From assembly GCA_964450735.1 (NCBI GenBank), contig CAYVDC010000002.1:703-64702 (forward strand): 64,000 bases of DNA. The letters are read 5' to 3'. The stretch is from an uncultured Candidatus Saccharibacteria bacterium (GTDB taxonomy: Bacteria > Patescibacteriota > Minisyncoccia > Phycocordibacterales > UBA9973). Made by a program: the position numbers and the translations under genes. This document shows, piece by piece, positions 26,450-36,279 of this stretch (positions within the stretch are counted from its first letter, which is position 1; each line of letters opens with the position of its first letter). The notes below the pieces were generated by a model. The model searched no databases. It saw nothing but the letters and a program-made list of their open reading frames with translations, and was not told where the DNA came from.

Positions 26450-27154
26450 ATGAAAACAATTAACGACTTACAACAATCTGACCGCGAAAGAGCAGTAACT
26501 TTATTGCGCGATACTAGCAGCATGATCTCATCGCTTTCACAGGCCCCTTTCGGAGAGATTGCTGCTTCGGAACTAAAAGAACATCTCATTACAAAATTAA
26601 TTGCCGAGTTTGGTTTGGATCGCGAACCTCTCACTAAAACGGTCGACTGGGAACTAGCGCCTGTATTCCCTATTACCTATGATGTTCTTGAACTCTATGC
26701 CAAAGGTTTGCCCAATAAAGCCCCTGGACTAGCATTGATGCTGCACAAAGACGACGAGATTGTTTCTTTCGGAACGTTTCGAGTATTGCTTGATGAGGTT
26801 CATGCAATAAACAAACCCAAGTTCGTAACCATTATTACAACGAGCGGCGAACTTGATCCAACCATCAAAGCAGGTACGAAAATACGCCCATACATGGCAA
26901 TCTTGCTCAGTGTTCCAACAACGAAATGGGCTATTGCGAAACCGATCGCTCCTGGAAGCGCATTCGCCCAACCAACGCATTTATTTGAGTTCGCAGACAA
27001 AGTTTCAAATGAAAATAATAATGTTTTTATTCTCTATGAAATGAACGACTATAGACAATATCTCTCTATTGCTCGCGAAGTTAAAAAAGAAGAAGCAATC
27101 ACCTTGCTCGTCATCAGTACCAACCCTGATGAGAAGCAACTATCTAACAATTAA
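26450..27154 (+). CDS. Hypothetical protein
   Basis: 234-aa ORF with a terminator downstream and no recognisable motif. Confidence 0.4.
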   Translation: MKTINDLQQSDRERAVTLLRDTSSMISSLSQAPFGEIAASELKEHLITKLIAEFGLDREPLTKTVDWELAPVFPITYDVLELYAKGLPNKAPGLALMLHKDDEIVSFGTFRVLLDEVHAINKPKFVTIITTSGELDPTIKAGTKIRPYMAILLSVPTTKWAIAKPIAPGSAFAQPTHLFEFADKVSNENNNVFILYEMNDYRQYLSIAREVKKEEAITLLVISTNPDEKQLSNN

Positions 27155-27164
27155 TTCATTTCTG

Positions 27165-27192
27165 GAGGTTGCTGTCGGCAGCCTCCTTTTTA
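27165..27192 (+). terminator. Rho-independent terminator
   Basis: ggaggttgctg-tcgg-cagcctcc followed by ttttt. Confidence 0.7.
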
Positions 27193-27213
27193 TAAATAAG
27201 TTATACTTTATAT

Positions 27214-27765
27214 ATGGAAATACAACTTGGAAATCTTACTATTCTTCCGGCTCTCAAACATCTCGATATGCTTTCTGAAAGAACCGCTGTCGCCATACAA
27301 TCACTTGCAGATAGTGAACAAATCGGTGTGGCAGAAATAGACCCGCAGTTTTCGGATACTGCATCATTTTGCAAAGAGTATGGAGTAACGCCAGAACAGT
27401 GCGCTAATTGTGTCATTATCGAAGCGAAGCGCGGAGAGAATAAGGAGTTTGCTGCCTGCATTATACTGGCAAGCACGCGAGCCGATGTGAATGGTCTTGC
27501 CCGAAGGACATTGGACGCTCGCAAAGCATCGTTTGCTTCGATGGATCAAGCGGTTTCTGAAACCAGCATGGAATATGGAGCGATCACGCCGATCGGCCTT
27601 CCAGCAGAGTGGCGAATACTTGTTGACTCAAAAGTTATTGAGACAGATTACGTAATTATTGGCAGCGGAATTCGGAAATCTAAGTTAGTGATCCCTGGAA
27701 AAGTACTCGTTCAAATTCCAAATGTGACAGTACTTGAAGGACTAGGAAATCCTATTTCTCAGTAA
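27214..27765 (+). CDS. YbaK/ProX-like aminoacyl-tRNA deacylase domain protein
   Basis: 183 aa of about the YbaK/EbsC domain size, with a GAITPIG-type motif. Confidence 0.45.
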   Translation: MEIQLGNLTILPALKHLDMLSERTAVAIQSLADSEQIGVAEIDPQFSDTASFCKEYGVTPEQCANCVIIEAKRGENKEFAACIILASTRADVNGLARRTLDARKASFASMDQAVSETSMEYGAITPIGLPAEWRILVDSKVIETDYVIIGSGIRKSKLVIPGKVLVQIPNVTVLEGLGNPISQ

Positions 27766-27768
27766 CAC

Positions 27769-28602
27769 TTACTCTTTGTTTTTACGAAGCGCTTCAAAAC
27801 TTAGCATTGCTCTTTTTCGGTCTACTCCCCATCGATAGCCGCTGATCTCGCCGGTGGACTTGAGCACTCGATGGCATGGGATAATATAGCCGACAGGATT
27901 GCTGCCGACCGCGCCGCCAACAATGCGCGATGCTTTTTTATTGCCAATCTTTTGCGCAATTTGTCCGTATGTTGTTATGCTTCCTTCTGGAATTGAAAGT
28001 AATGCTTCCCAAACCTTGAGTTGCAGATTTGTTCCATGGAGATGAAGTTTGATTTTTGTCTTTGGCGTAATTCCTTTGAAGTACGATCTGATCGCTCTGT
28101 GTGATGCCTCTTGTTTTTCAATGAACTTTGCATTTGAGAACCGGGATTTGAGATCGATGACCGCTTCTTTTTTTGAATCGGCAAAAAGCACATTGCACAC
28201 ACCGCGCGGCGTTGAAGCGACCAAGCAAAATCCGAATCGTGTTTCAAATGTCGAATACTTGATTATCAAATTCGCTCCGTTGTTTTGATAATCCCCTGGC
28301 GTCATTGCTTCAATGTCGACAAAGAGATCATGTAGGCGTCCGGAACTACTGAGTCCAGCTTTGACTGATGTTCGAACGATTTTATTTTCCTTCAACAATT
28401 CTTTTGAATATTGCAGGCTCAAATATCGTCCGAATTGCTTCGGAGTAACACCTACCCAATTCGTAAAAACTTTTTGAAGATGTCCGGGGCTGACTCGAAG
28501 TGAATGAGCAAGCTCCTCGAGAGAATGCGAATTGAGCTTGTTAGTGACAATATGCTCAATGACCATTTTGATCGATTCATAGTGGTTGGTCGACTGTTTC
28601 AT
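27769..28602 (-). CDS. Ada-like fusion of an AraC-family HTH domain and a methylated-DNA-protein-cysteine methyltransferase (MGMT) domain
   Basis: The N-terminal AraC HTH is LEELAHSLRVSPGHLQKVFTNWVGVTPKQF. The C-terminal MGMT active site is IPCHRV, with SYGQIA upstream. Confidence 0.8.
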   Translation of the reverse strand: MKQSTNHYESIKMVIEHIVTNKLNSHSLEELAHSLRVSPGHLQKVFTNWVGVTPKQFGRYLSLQYSKELLKENKIVRTSVKAGLSSSGRLHDLFVDIEAMTPGDYQNNGANLIIKYSTFETRFGFCLVASTPRGVCNVLFADSKKEAVIDLKSRFSNAKFIEKQEASHRAIRSYFKGITPKTKIKLHLHGTNLQLKVWEALLSIPEGSITTYGQIAQKIGNKKASRIVGGAVGSNPVGYIIPCHRVLKSTGEISGYRWGVDRKRAMLSFEALRKNKE

Positions 28603-28709
28603 GTAGTGGCAGTATAGAGAAAAGACGCCTCTCTATCAACCCGAAAATGGTTTTTATCCTATAAACCACCCCAATTCCCCTCAGTGGCCTCTGGTGATAT
28701 ACTCTTTGT

Positions 28710-30890
28710 ATGAAAGAAAACTTCGGGAATGAGGCGCTCGGCAGATCGAAACATTTGGGAAATATGGAGATAGACGAGGAAGCAAAATTCCGTCTAGCAG
28801 CCCAAAAAATACAAAAAGGTGATTTATCAAGCTTCGCCGAATTCAGGGGATTTTTTAAAAGCGAGATAGCAGCTGAAACAAAAAAATTTGCGGAGAATCT
28901 TGATCCAATCGCGCAAGAAGAATTAGAGGCTCAAATAGACACTGAGCTCATGCTTTTTGTAAAAAATCTTGGAACGATGCGCGAACCATACATGTACAGC
29001 GTAACCAAAGAAGCGCTCCCTGGAATCATAGACAATGCGGTTCTTGCCCTTGGCAATCAAGGACAAAGAGAAGAAACTAGCCAAGAAAGAAAGTATGACT
29101 GGAAAGAGGCAGAGCTTATCGCCGAAGCTGATTTGCTTACTAGAAAATTCGAGCAATCGATCAACGCAGAAGGATTAGTAGAAAATATCGGCAACAATCT
29201 TGGGCGTAAACCCAATGGCAAATATATTTCATCATCAAAAGCATTCGATATTCTTCCCTATCTATTTGGTGAAGAAAACATGCAGTCTATCAGCAAAACA
29301 ACCGAATTATCGATTGCCCGCTTACACAATATATTCGCCGTATTCCGTGACCGTATCCGCGAAGCGCTCAGCAAAACGACGATGGCGCGACATGACCTTG
29401 ATACTGATGTCGCGCTTGAACATTTCAAAAAAAAGCTGAGACAAGAATTGAGCGATTTTCCAACTAGCTTTGAAGAGGACGAGGATGGCAGCTCGATGAG
29501 CGAAATGGATTCAGATGAGCACATTTCCTCAGAAGGAAAAGCAAGTTCCAAACAGCCAATAGAAAAAAAAGTAAGACGTGAACTAACCTTTTCAGAAACA
29601 AAAGAACGAATTCGATTGCTCGGCATTGGCAACGAGGTTAAATATAAATATTCCTACAAGCAATATGATCTGCCCAAAGAAAGCACGCTTGCATCCTTCG
29701 CAGGGACACCAAAGTATCCAGACGGTTCGATAGACTGGAAAACATTCTTTACTGAAACTCCATGGACATACGAAGATCTTAGAAAGGACATACTTTCAAA
29801 GAATATTGTTTCCGTCGCAGGTTATAGAACTAACGCTCCGTCACATAACTGGCCAGAGTGGAAATTCGTAACAGCAATGCCTGAATTTCCTAAAACTGAG
29901 GATAGCAAGCCGAACACTAATGCTTTTTTAGAGGTGAAACCAAAAGAGACTGTTACTTGGCCGACGTGGACAGCAGAAACATTGATTGCTGATATCAAGG
30001 CAAAGGGCGTTACATCAGAATCTGAATTCAAAAAAGCTCGAAGCAACGAGGGGTACTTCTGGCCAAATGCCATTACTTCAAAGAAATTCCCTGGATTACC
30101 TTTTTATCCCAACAACAGCGTTGATTGGAAAAAAGTCTTCACTGGGGAATCATGGACATACGAAGATTTGCATAAAGACATTCTTACTAAATTGAAGAAC
30201 CCAAGCAAGGATAAATACGAGTCCGCGCGCGAAAAGTATAATTGGCCGACACTGCCTACATTGATTGCCATGGAAGGGTTTCCGAAGATCGAAGAAAAAA
30301 ATGACTGGGATACATTTTACGAGAGGAAGAATTTTACTATCGACGAATTGAAAAGCGAGGTGGCAGAAAAAGGAGTCACCAATCAAAAAGGATACTTGGA
30401 CAACATGGAAAAATACGGATGGCCGTTGTTCTACAAAGTGGAAGGATTTCCTCGATACAAAGAGGGACCAGGCAATTGGTACGCGTTTTTCAATAACAAC
30501 GAAAACGTAACATTGGACAAAATGAAATCCGAAATGCTCACCTACAATATCAAGTCACACCTTGATTACGATCGCCTCTCCGAGGAACACAACTGGCCGC
30601 CTTTGGCCGTCCTGCGCAATATGCCCGACTTCCCAAAGACCCAGCAGGGCAAGAATGACTGGGATGCATTTTATGGAATTGCAAAAAAAGTAGCGCCAGA
30701 AACCTTGTTTGTAACCAAAGAAGGAATTTCATACGAAAAACTGAAGAGCGAGGTTCAACATCTGGGAATCAAAACCATTAGTTCGTACATAAAAGCAGCT
30801 GCGAATAGAGGCTGGCCATCTCTCGACGAACTCGGCGAACTAGAGGAAGTGAAAAAAATGAAAAGCTGGAATGAGTTTTTTGGAAGATAG
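28710..30890 (+). CDS. Large cytoplasmic tandem-repeat protein of unknown function (six to seven ~58-aa repeats)
   Basis: 726 aa. After residue 300 come repeats of the form DWxxFF...(W/F)TYEDLxKDI...(N/G)WPxLxxLxxMPEFPK. I could place them in no family. Confidence 0.6.
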   Translation: MKENFGNEALGRSKHLGNMEIDEEAKFRLAAQKIQKGDLSSFAEFRGFFKSEIAAETKKFAENLDPIAQEELEAQIDTELMLFVKNLGTMREPYMYSVTKEALPGIIDNAVLALGNQGQREETSQERKYDWKEAELIAEADLLTRKFEQSINAEGLVENIGNNLGRKPNGKYISSSKAFDILPYLFGEENMQSISKTTELSIARLHNIFAVFRDRIREALSKTTMARHDLDTDVALEHFKKKLRQELSDFPTSFEEDEDGSSMSEMDSDEHISSEGKASSKQPIEKKVRRELTFSETKERIRLLGIGNEVKYKYSYKQYDLPKESTLASFAGTPKYPDGSIDWKTFFTETPWTYEDLRKDILSKNIVSVAGYRTNAPSHNWPEWKFVTAMPEFPKTEDSKPNTNAFLEVKPKETVTWPTWTAETLIADIKAKGVTSESEFKKARSNEGYFWPNAITSKKFPGLPFYPNNSVDWKKVFTGESWTYEDLHKDILTKLKNPSKDKYESAREKYNWPTLPTLIAMEGFPKIEEKNDWDTFYERKNFTIDELKSEVAEKGVTNQKGYLDNMEKYGWPLFYKVEGFPRYKEGPGNWYAFFNNNENVTLDKMKSEMLTYNIKSHLDYDRLSEEHNWPPLAVLRNMPDFPKTQQGKNDWDAFYGIAKKVAPETLFVTKEGISYEKLKSEVQHLGIKTISSYIKAAANRGWPSLDELGELEEVKKMKSWNEFFGR

Positions 30891-30958
30891 TACTATTTCA
30901 GAACACACAAAAGAGCGGTCATGCCGCTCTTTTGTATTTCCAGCCATCTTAATTTCAT

Positions 30959-31819
30959 TTGCGGTATACTACTAGGATGAAATACATAGCCACCATTTTT
31001 GTCATCATATCAGCGCTCGCGATAATCCCCCACCATGCGTCTGCGCACCAACCATATATTGTCACTGAAGTCCCTGTCACGGTAACTCAGCCCGAGATTT
31101 CAAAAGCATACTACAGCACTCTCGTCGACAAGGCACAGGTATACCTCATTCATGCTCCTCAAGCATTTGATCTCTATGTAAATGTCTTGGTTCCTGACAT
31201 CGAAGGACAAAAGAAAGACGTTTCTGCTGTCATCGTCAAAGACGGAAAACAAATTGCGGTACTTGATGGCACGACCGCAACATGGAAATCATTTCTTGAA
31301 CCATTTGCGCACGACAAATACTTTATGGGGCCAGAATATCGTTCTCATGTAGAAGCAGGCGAATACCAGATTGCTGTCTGGAGCACAAACAATGACAGCA
31401 AATACTCTCTAGCCATTGGTGAGATTGAGAAATTCAGTTTCAAAGATAGCATTCGAACTCTCTCTGTCATACCTGAATTAAAGAAAAACTTTTTCAATAA
31501 ATCCCCCATCGATTTTATGTTAGCTCCATTTGGATACGGACAGATTATTGTTCTTTATATATTGGCAATTATTTTTGCTCTCATCTACCGAGCACTTCTA
31601 AAACGTTTCGCAAAAAACACCATCCATAGCGAAACAAAAAATATCGGCATGCGAGACAGGCTCCTTCGCTTGGGCATTGGCATAGCACTCATCATCCTCG
31701 CCATTACGACAACATGGAATCCATTTCTCATCTTCTTCTCTGGATTCTGCCTCTTCGAAGCTGCGTTCAGCTGGTGCGGATTCTATGCGGCAATCGGAAG
31801 AACTACCTGTCCAATGTAA
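30959..31819 (+). CDS. Secreted N-terminal domain fused to a YgaP/DUF2892-like transmembrane C-terminus
   Basis: A signal peptide and a ~190-aa extracytoplasmic domain, then TM helices ending in the motif WNPFLIFFSGFCLFEAAFSWCGFYAAIG. Confidence 0.45.
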   Translation: MRYTTRMKYIATIFVIISALAIIPHHASAHQPYIVTEVPVTVTQPEISKAYYSTLVDKAQVYLIHAPQAFDLYVNVLVPDIEGQKKDVSAVIVKDGKQIAVLDGTTATWKSFLEPFAHDKYFMGPEYRSHVEAGEYQIAVWSTNNDSKYSLAIGEIEKFSFKDSIRTLSVIPELKKNFFNKSPIDFMLAPFGYGQIIVLYILAIIFALIYRALLKRFAKNTIHSETKNIGMRDRLLRLGIGIALIILAITTTWNPFLIFFSGFCLFEAAFSWCGFYAAIGRTTCPM

Positions 31820-31906
31820 AAGGCTAGTTTTGGAAGTATTAAAATTGCATGAATATAGCTCTAGACAAAACTTGCTTATAGTGTCCAAATATGGAATGAT
31901 GACTAG

Positions 31907-32449
31907 ATGACCCCGTATGTAAATGTCCCTCAAATAGTCTCAAACGTCCCCTTCTACTCCCAATTTAAAGATATTACTGCCCCGAAATGGCAAAAAGTCG
32001 GCTGCGGCATAACAAGCCTGGCTATGGTTATAGACTTTTATAAAGACGATGTTCCTTCTGTAAACACATTGCTCAAAGAAGGTCTTTCGCTTGGTGCCTA
32101 CACTGACAAATCTGGCTGGGCATACAAAGGACTGATCCAGGTAGCCAAGAAGTATAACCTTACAGGAACAACGTATGATCTTGGAACCTCTAGTTCAAAG
32201 GTTGCCCTGTACGAACTTACAAAATCGCTTGAAGCAGGGCCTGTTATTGCATCAGTGCACTACAAACTTGATCCAAAGAACACCATTCCTCACCTCATCG
32301 TCATCGATGGTATCTCAGACGATATTGTGTACTACAACGACCCTGCGGCAAAAACCGGTCAGAAAGAAATTTCTACTTCTGATTTTTTGAAAGCGTGGAA
32401 AAAGCGTTTTATTGTCATCCGTCCTGCTCCAGAAAAAACCGCCGCGTAA
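31907..32449 (+). CDS. Peptidase C39-like (C39_2/BtrH-like) cysteine peptidase domain protein
   Basis: VPFYSQ...KVGCGITSLAMVIDFY carries the catalytic Cys in a C39-like context, and a His lies downstream (IPHLIVID). Confidence 0.65.
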   Translation: MTPYVNVPQIVSNVPFYSQFKDITAPKWQKVGCGITSLAMVIDFYKDDVPSVNTLLKEGLSLGAYTDKSGWAYKGLIQVAKKYNLTGTTYDLGTSSSKVALYELTKSLEAGPVIASVHYKLDPKNTIPHLIVIDGISDDIVYYNDPAAKTGQKEISTSDFLKAWKKRFIVIRPAPEKTAA

Positions 32450-32480
32450 TTTTTCTTTATCAATAAATAATCTAAACACT

Positions 32481-33275
32481 ATGGAACAAAAATCTATCAG
32501 CGAACTTATGAGCCTTTCATCAAAAGTTGCCATCGTCACCGGCGGCGCAATGGGCATTGGATATGGTATTGCCTATCGCCTCGCAGAAGCAGGCGCTGCT
32601 GTAGTAATTGCTGATATGAATGCAGAAGTTGCTGCGTCATCCGCAGCAAAACTTGTTGCCCGTGGATGGAAAGCAACTGCAGTGGCTGTTGATATTTCTG
32701 ATGCGGCGCAAGTTGCGGCTTTAATGGACACAGCAGTCACAACATACGGACGAATAGATATTTTGGTAAATAACGCGGGGATCTATCCAAACATACCAAT
32801 GATGGAAATGCCTGAAAAAGACTTCGACCGTATTCTTTCAATCAATCTTAAAGGAACGTTCCTCTGCACCCAAGCAGCTGCAGCCCAAATGATCAAACAA
32901 GGCACCGGAGGAAAGATCATTATGATCACTTCAATTGATGCCTTGCACCCATCAATGGTTGGTCTCGCAGCATATGACGCTTCAAAACACGGACTTTGGG
33001 GCTTTACCAAAAATACTGCACTTGAACTCGCTCCTCACAATATCTGGGTAAACGCCATTGCTCCCGGAGGAGTCAAAACACCTGGTACTGGAGAAAATGC
33101 GCCAATAAGCAAAGAAATGGAAGAACACATCAAGCCGTTTCTGCAGAAAATTCCAATGCACCGCATGGGAGAATCAGACGAAATTGGAAAAGTCACACTG
33201 TTTCTCGCCTCAGATCTTTCAAGCTACATGACAGGTGCTCAGATCGTAGTAGATGGAGGCGCGCTCCTTGTATAA
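32481..33275 (+). CDS. Short-chain dehydrogenase/reductase (SDR) family oxidoreductase
   Basis: The glycine-rich NAD(P)-binding motif VTGGAMGIG, NNAG and the catalytic YDASKHG (YxxxK) are present. I set the start at ATG 32481. Confidence 0.85.
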   Translation: MEQKSISELMSLSSKVAIVTGGAMGIGYGIAYRLAEAGAAVVIADMNAEVAASSAAKLVARGWKATAVAVDISDAAQVAALMDTAVTTYGRIDILVNNAGIYPNIPMMEMPEKDFDRILSINLKGTFLCTQAAAAQMIKQGTGGKIIMITSIDALHPSMVGLAAYDASKHGLWGFTKNTALELAPHNIWVNAIAPGGVKTPGTGENAPISKEMEEHIKPFLQKIPMHRMGESDEIGKVTLFLASDLSSYMTGAQIVVDGGALLV

Positions 33276-33302
33276 AATTTCAGAACAAAATAAGCAGCAC
33301 TA

Positions 33303-35042
33303 TTACGCCACCTCTTTTTGGTAGCATCCTTCGCAATAAATCACCTCGCTCCGTAGAGGAGAATACGAAGTTTCAAATTCGTTCGGGCACGATCCAGTAT
33401 GGTCGTGGTTTTCCTGGCTGCACATACATGCACGATGCCAAAGTTTTCGCGGATTGCGCTTGCTCATGCGCGCCTGGTGACGGCATTCAAAATCCTGATG
33501 CGGAATTGGTAAATGCATTTTTCGGTAAAATTCTAGTTCTGCCTGGATGAGACGGAAATTTTTTCCGCAGGTTTCACAAATCAGGGTTTCTTTGAGTATG
33601 CCATCTGTAACCTCTTCGATCGTTTGCGGCATATCAGCGCTTTTGATGGTTTCTTTGCCAAATGTTCCAGTATTCATTTCTCGCCAATTGAATCCGCGCT
33701 CAGTGGCGACTTCTTTGGAGAGCGGGTAAAAATCCTGCGAAAGGGCTTCGTTGTAGGTAAATGGCGCAATGTCCGCTGGGAAAAATTGCCCATAGCGAGG
33801 ATCGTCTTTCATCTCGGCGTCTATTTTTGCTTTGAGCTCTTGGTATTCTTCTTTTGAATATTCCCGGTTCAAGATCATATAGTTCCCTTTGCGGATAGCG
33901 ATACAACCAAGGGCATTTGAAAGATGATAGCAGTTTTCGCAGTACTCCACTTCATTACAGTAAAAGACAAAAGCTGAATTTTTGAGCTTGCTTCCCTCGA
34001 GAGCACCCATAATATTGTATCCAAACGATGGTTTGTAGTAATAGTTATTGCAATCCATGCTGTCGATCGGGCTTTCAGTATCAGTCATGTATGAGCAGTT
34101 TTTTGCATCATAAGTATCAAACAGCAAAACACCATCATGGCAGTTATGGATATAGTCCCCTGTCACATTATTGCACTTTGTCTGAGATGAAAACTTTTTA
34201 AGTGCCTGGCTTTTTATTTTCTCAAATTCTTTTTTAGCTGCTTCAATGCTTTCATGGCTTGAGAGTATTTCTTTTTTCTTTTCCTCAAACTCTTTTTTAG
34301 AATACTGTACGTTGTAAATGGAGTTCGACATATGCCGTCCGTTGGTGCAGAAAATACAATTCTGACTGTCGCGCATGTTGTAGCAGAACAACAGTTCGCT
34401 CGAAGACTGACATTGCTCAGAGAACATGCACTTGAAGCAATTTCGTGAGTCGAGACATTCATAGCAAAGCTCTGACTCGTGCAAAAATGCACAGTCTACA
34501 CACTGTTTGTCTCGCTGGAGCAATCGCCCATACAAGCAATCTTCATTGTAATCAGCAGCAAAAATAAGATAGCAGTCTTTGTTTTCCGCCGAACCGTTGG
34601 TGTACTCGCTTCGTACGTTATTGAAAGCCATCAAGCTCATACGAGGAACGGAATGTTGCAGTTCTTTGTATTGGTCAAAAAATGACTTGAAAAAATCATA
34701 CTCTCTTCCGAAGCTTTTTGGATCCCAATTGTCGCTCCACCAGCAGGTATGACAATACACTGTGTATGGGGATTCGGGCGAATACACGGTGATCATGTCT
34801 GTTTTGCAGAGATCACACGGGCGTTTGTAAAAAGTTCGCTCATTTCGAAAAACTAGGCGATGCATCATGCGGCAATCCGGACAAAAGTTCGGAAATGGCA
34901 CATTCATTTGGGAGTAAAATATCTGATCTTCAGTGCGGATCGTGAAGTCTTTCTTGCAATCCTGGCAGTTTTTAGTCTGGGGTTCCATGTGCGGATTATA
35001 GCAAATATAGTAGAGAGAAACTTGTGTCTCTATTCGATCCAA
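33303..35042 (-). CDS. Cys-rich protein with multiple zinc-ribbon motifs flanking a central NCxxC-repeat region
   Basis: 579 aa. The N-terminus has CQDCKKDF...FYSQMNVPFPNFCPDCR and the C-terminus has CETCGKNF...FYRKMHLPIPHQDFECRHQAR, both matching the probable-zinc-ribbon pattern CxxCxxxF..FY..P.P..CxxCR. CDLCK-x17-CHTC is also present, and the centre holds (NCxxC...C...C) repeats. Confidence 0.6.
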   Translation of the reverse strand: MDRIETQVSLYYICYNPHMEPQTKNCQDCKKDFTIRTEDQIFYSQMNVPFPNFCPDCRMMHRLVFRNERTFYKRPCDLCKTDMITVYSPESPYTVYCHTCWWSDNWDPKSFGREYDFFKSFFDQYKELQHSVPRMSLMAFNNVRSEYTNGSAENKDCYLIFAADYNEDCLYGRLLQRDKQCVDCAFLHESELCYECLDSRNCFKCMFSEQCQSSSELLFCYNMRDSQNCIFCTNGRHMSNSIYNVQYSKKEFEEKKKEILSSHESIEAAKKEFEKIKSQALKKFSSQTKCNNVTGDYIHNCHDGVLLFDTYDAKNCSYMTDTESPIDSMDCNNYYYKPSFGYNIMGALEGSKLKNSAFVFYCNEVEYCENCYHLSNALGCIAIRKGNYMILNREYSKEEYQELKAKIDAEMKDDPRYGQFFPADIAPFTYNEALSQDFYPLSKEVATERGFNWREMNTGTFGKETIKSADMPQTIEEVTDGILKETLICETCGKNFRLIQAELEFYRKMHLPIPHQDFECRHQARMSKRNPRKLWHRACMCSQENHDHTGSCPNEFETSYSPLRSEVIYCEGCYQKEVA

Positions 35043-35058
35043 ATGTTAATGATGTGGT

Positions 35059-35088
35059 TATTGACAATATTTAATTATATGTTAATAT
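35059..35088 (+). promoter_or_regulatory. Candidate sigma-70 promoter for the 35184 gene
   Basis: ttgaca, a 17-nt spacer, then taatat. Confidence 0.3.
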
Positions 35089-35183
35089 GAAAAAAATGAT
35101 GTTATTGCTGTAGTTATATAGGTTTAGTGATACTAACTATGCTCACTTGAGAATAGCTGCTACCACTAAATCTAAAAACAATC

Positions 35184-35750
35184 ATGCAAAATCAAACCAC
35201 GCACATTACAAAAAGAAAATTTATTTTTTTAACTTTAATACTTGTATGTCTTATTGTTGGGGCAATTGGCTTCAACGATCTATGGGCTTACAAGACGAAT
35301 CCCTACAAACCGGCAAAAGAACAATTCCCCGATTTGTACAGATTGTATTCAACAACGGAACTTTCATTAGTACCTTATTTTAAAACTAATAAGGAAGGCG
35401 CAACAACAATTACTGACCGGGAACTAAACACTGGGCTGAATAATTTTGTTTCAAAATTAGAGACGGCTAAAATTTGCAACCCTCCAGTTATTGATAAACG
35501 GACCATCCTTTTTGGAAAACCTCCGTATGAAGACGATTTAAACACCACCCGCAGTGCCTGGATACAAACCATTCAAGAATGGATGCGTGTACAGACTACT
35601 GGACTGGTAATTATCAAAACCAAACCACTAGCCGACAACGGTACGCATTCGTACTCACAGCCAGTTGTTATTGATGACGATAATATTGGCTTGGATTTGT
35701 TCGAAGAGCAAAAAGCAATAGCCGAAATGCCTATTGGCACATTTTGGTAA
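35184..35750 (+). CDS. Hypothetical secreted protein
   Basis: 188-aa ORF with an N-terminal signal/anchor helix and no recognisable motif. Confidence 0.4.
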   Translation: MQNQTTHITKRKFIFLTLILVCLIVGAIGFNDLWAYKTNPYKPAKEQFPDLYRLYSTTELSLVPYFKTNKEGATTITDRELNTGLNNFVSKLETAKICNPPVIDKRTILFGKPPYEDDLNTTRSAWIQTIQEWMRVQTTGLVIIKTKPLADNGTHSYSQPVVIDDDNIGLDLFEEQKAIAEMPIGTFW

Positions 35751-35828
35751 GAACAATAGTAACGATATATTTAGAGCGACAAAGAAATTTGTTGCTCTTT
35801 TTTATTCACTCATTGATAGAATCCTATA

Positions 35829-36260
35829 TTATTTTTCAGCCAACACTTTTATTCTCTCCAAAGCCTTAGGAATTCTTTCCTCAAATAGTTCTTCCATTCC
35901 CGCCGGGATATCTGAAGCATAGGTAAGCGTCGTAACTCCATCATGCTCTACCAATGAATACGTCTCTCCCCCGCCAGTCCATTCCTTTTCTCGAAGTGCT
36001 TCTCCACTGTCTTTGGTATCTGCCTTATGTTTCATTGATATGAATTCGTTTGGAATAAGTTTTTCAACCAAACTGGTTACGCCATATCCATTTACAGCAG
36101 ATATAAACTGCACTTCATTTCCTTCTTTGAGTTCCCCCTTCAAATAGGTTCCTTCATCGATAATACCCGCCCAATCGCGGAACGTCCTGTCGTCCCAAAG
36201 GGTGTGCCAGACGGTTTCTCTAGAGGCGTTGATGGTGGTTGAAAATTGGAGGTTTTGCAT
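35829..36260 (-). CDS. SRPBCC/AHSA1-like domain protein
   Basis: 143 aa starting ETVWHTLWDDRTFRDWAG, typical of Aha1-like SRPBCC proteins. Confidence 0.5.
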   Translation of the reverse strand: MQNLQFSTTINASRETVWHTLWDDRTFRDWAGIIDEGTYLKGELKEGNEVQFISAVNGYGVTSLVEKLIPNEFISMKHKADTKDSGEALREKEWTGGGETYSLVEHDGVTTLTYASDIPAGMEELFEERIPKALERIKVLAEK

Positions 36261-36279
36261 GGATATATTTTATCATAAT

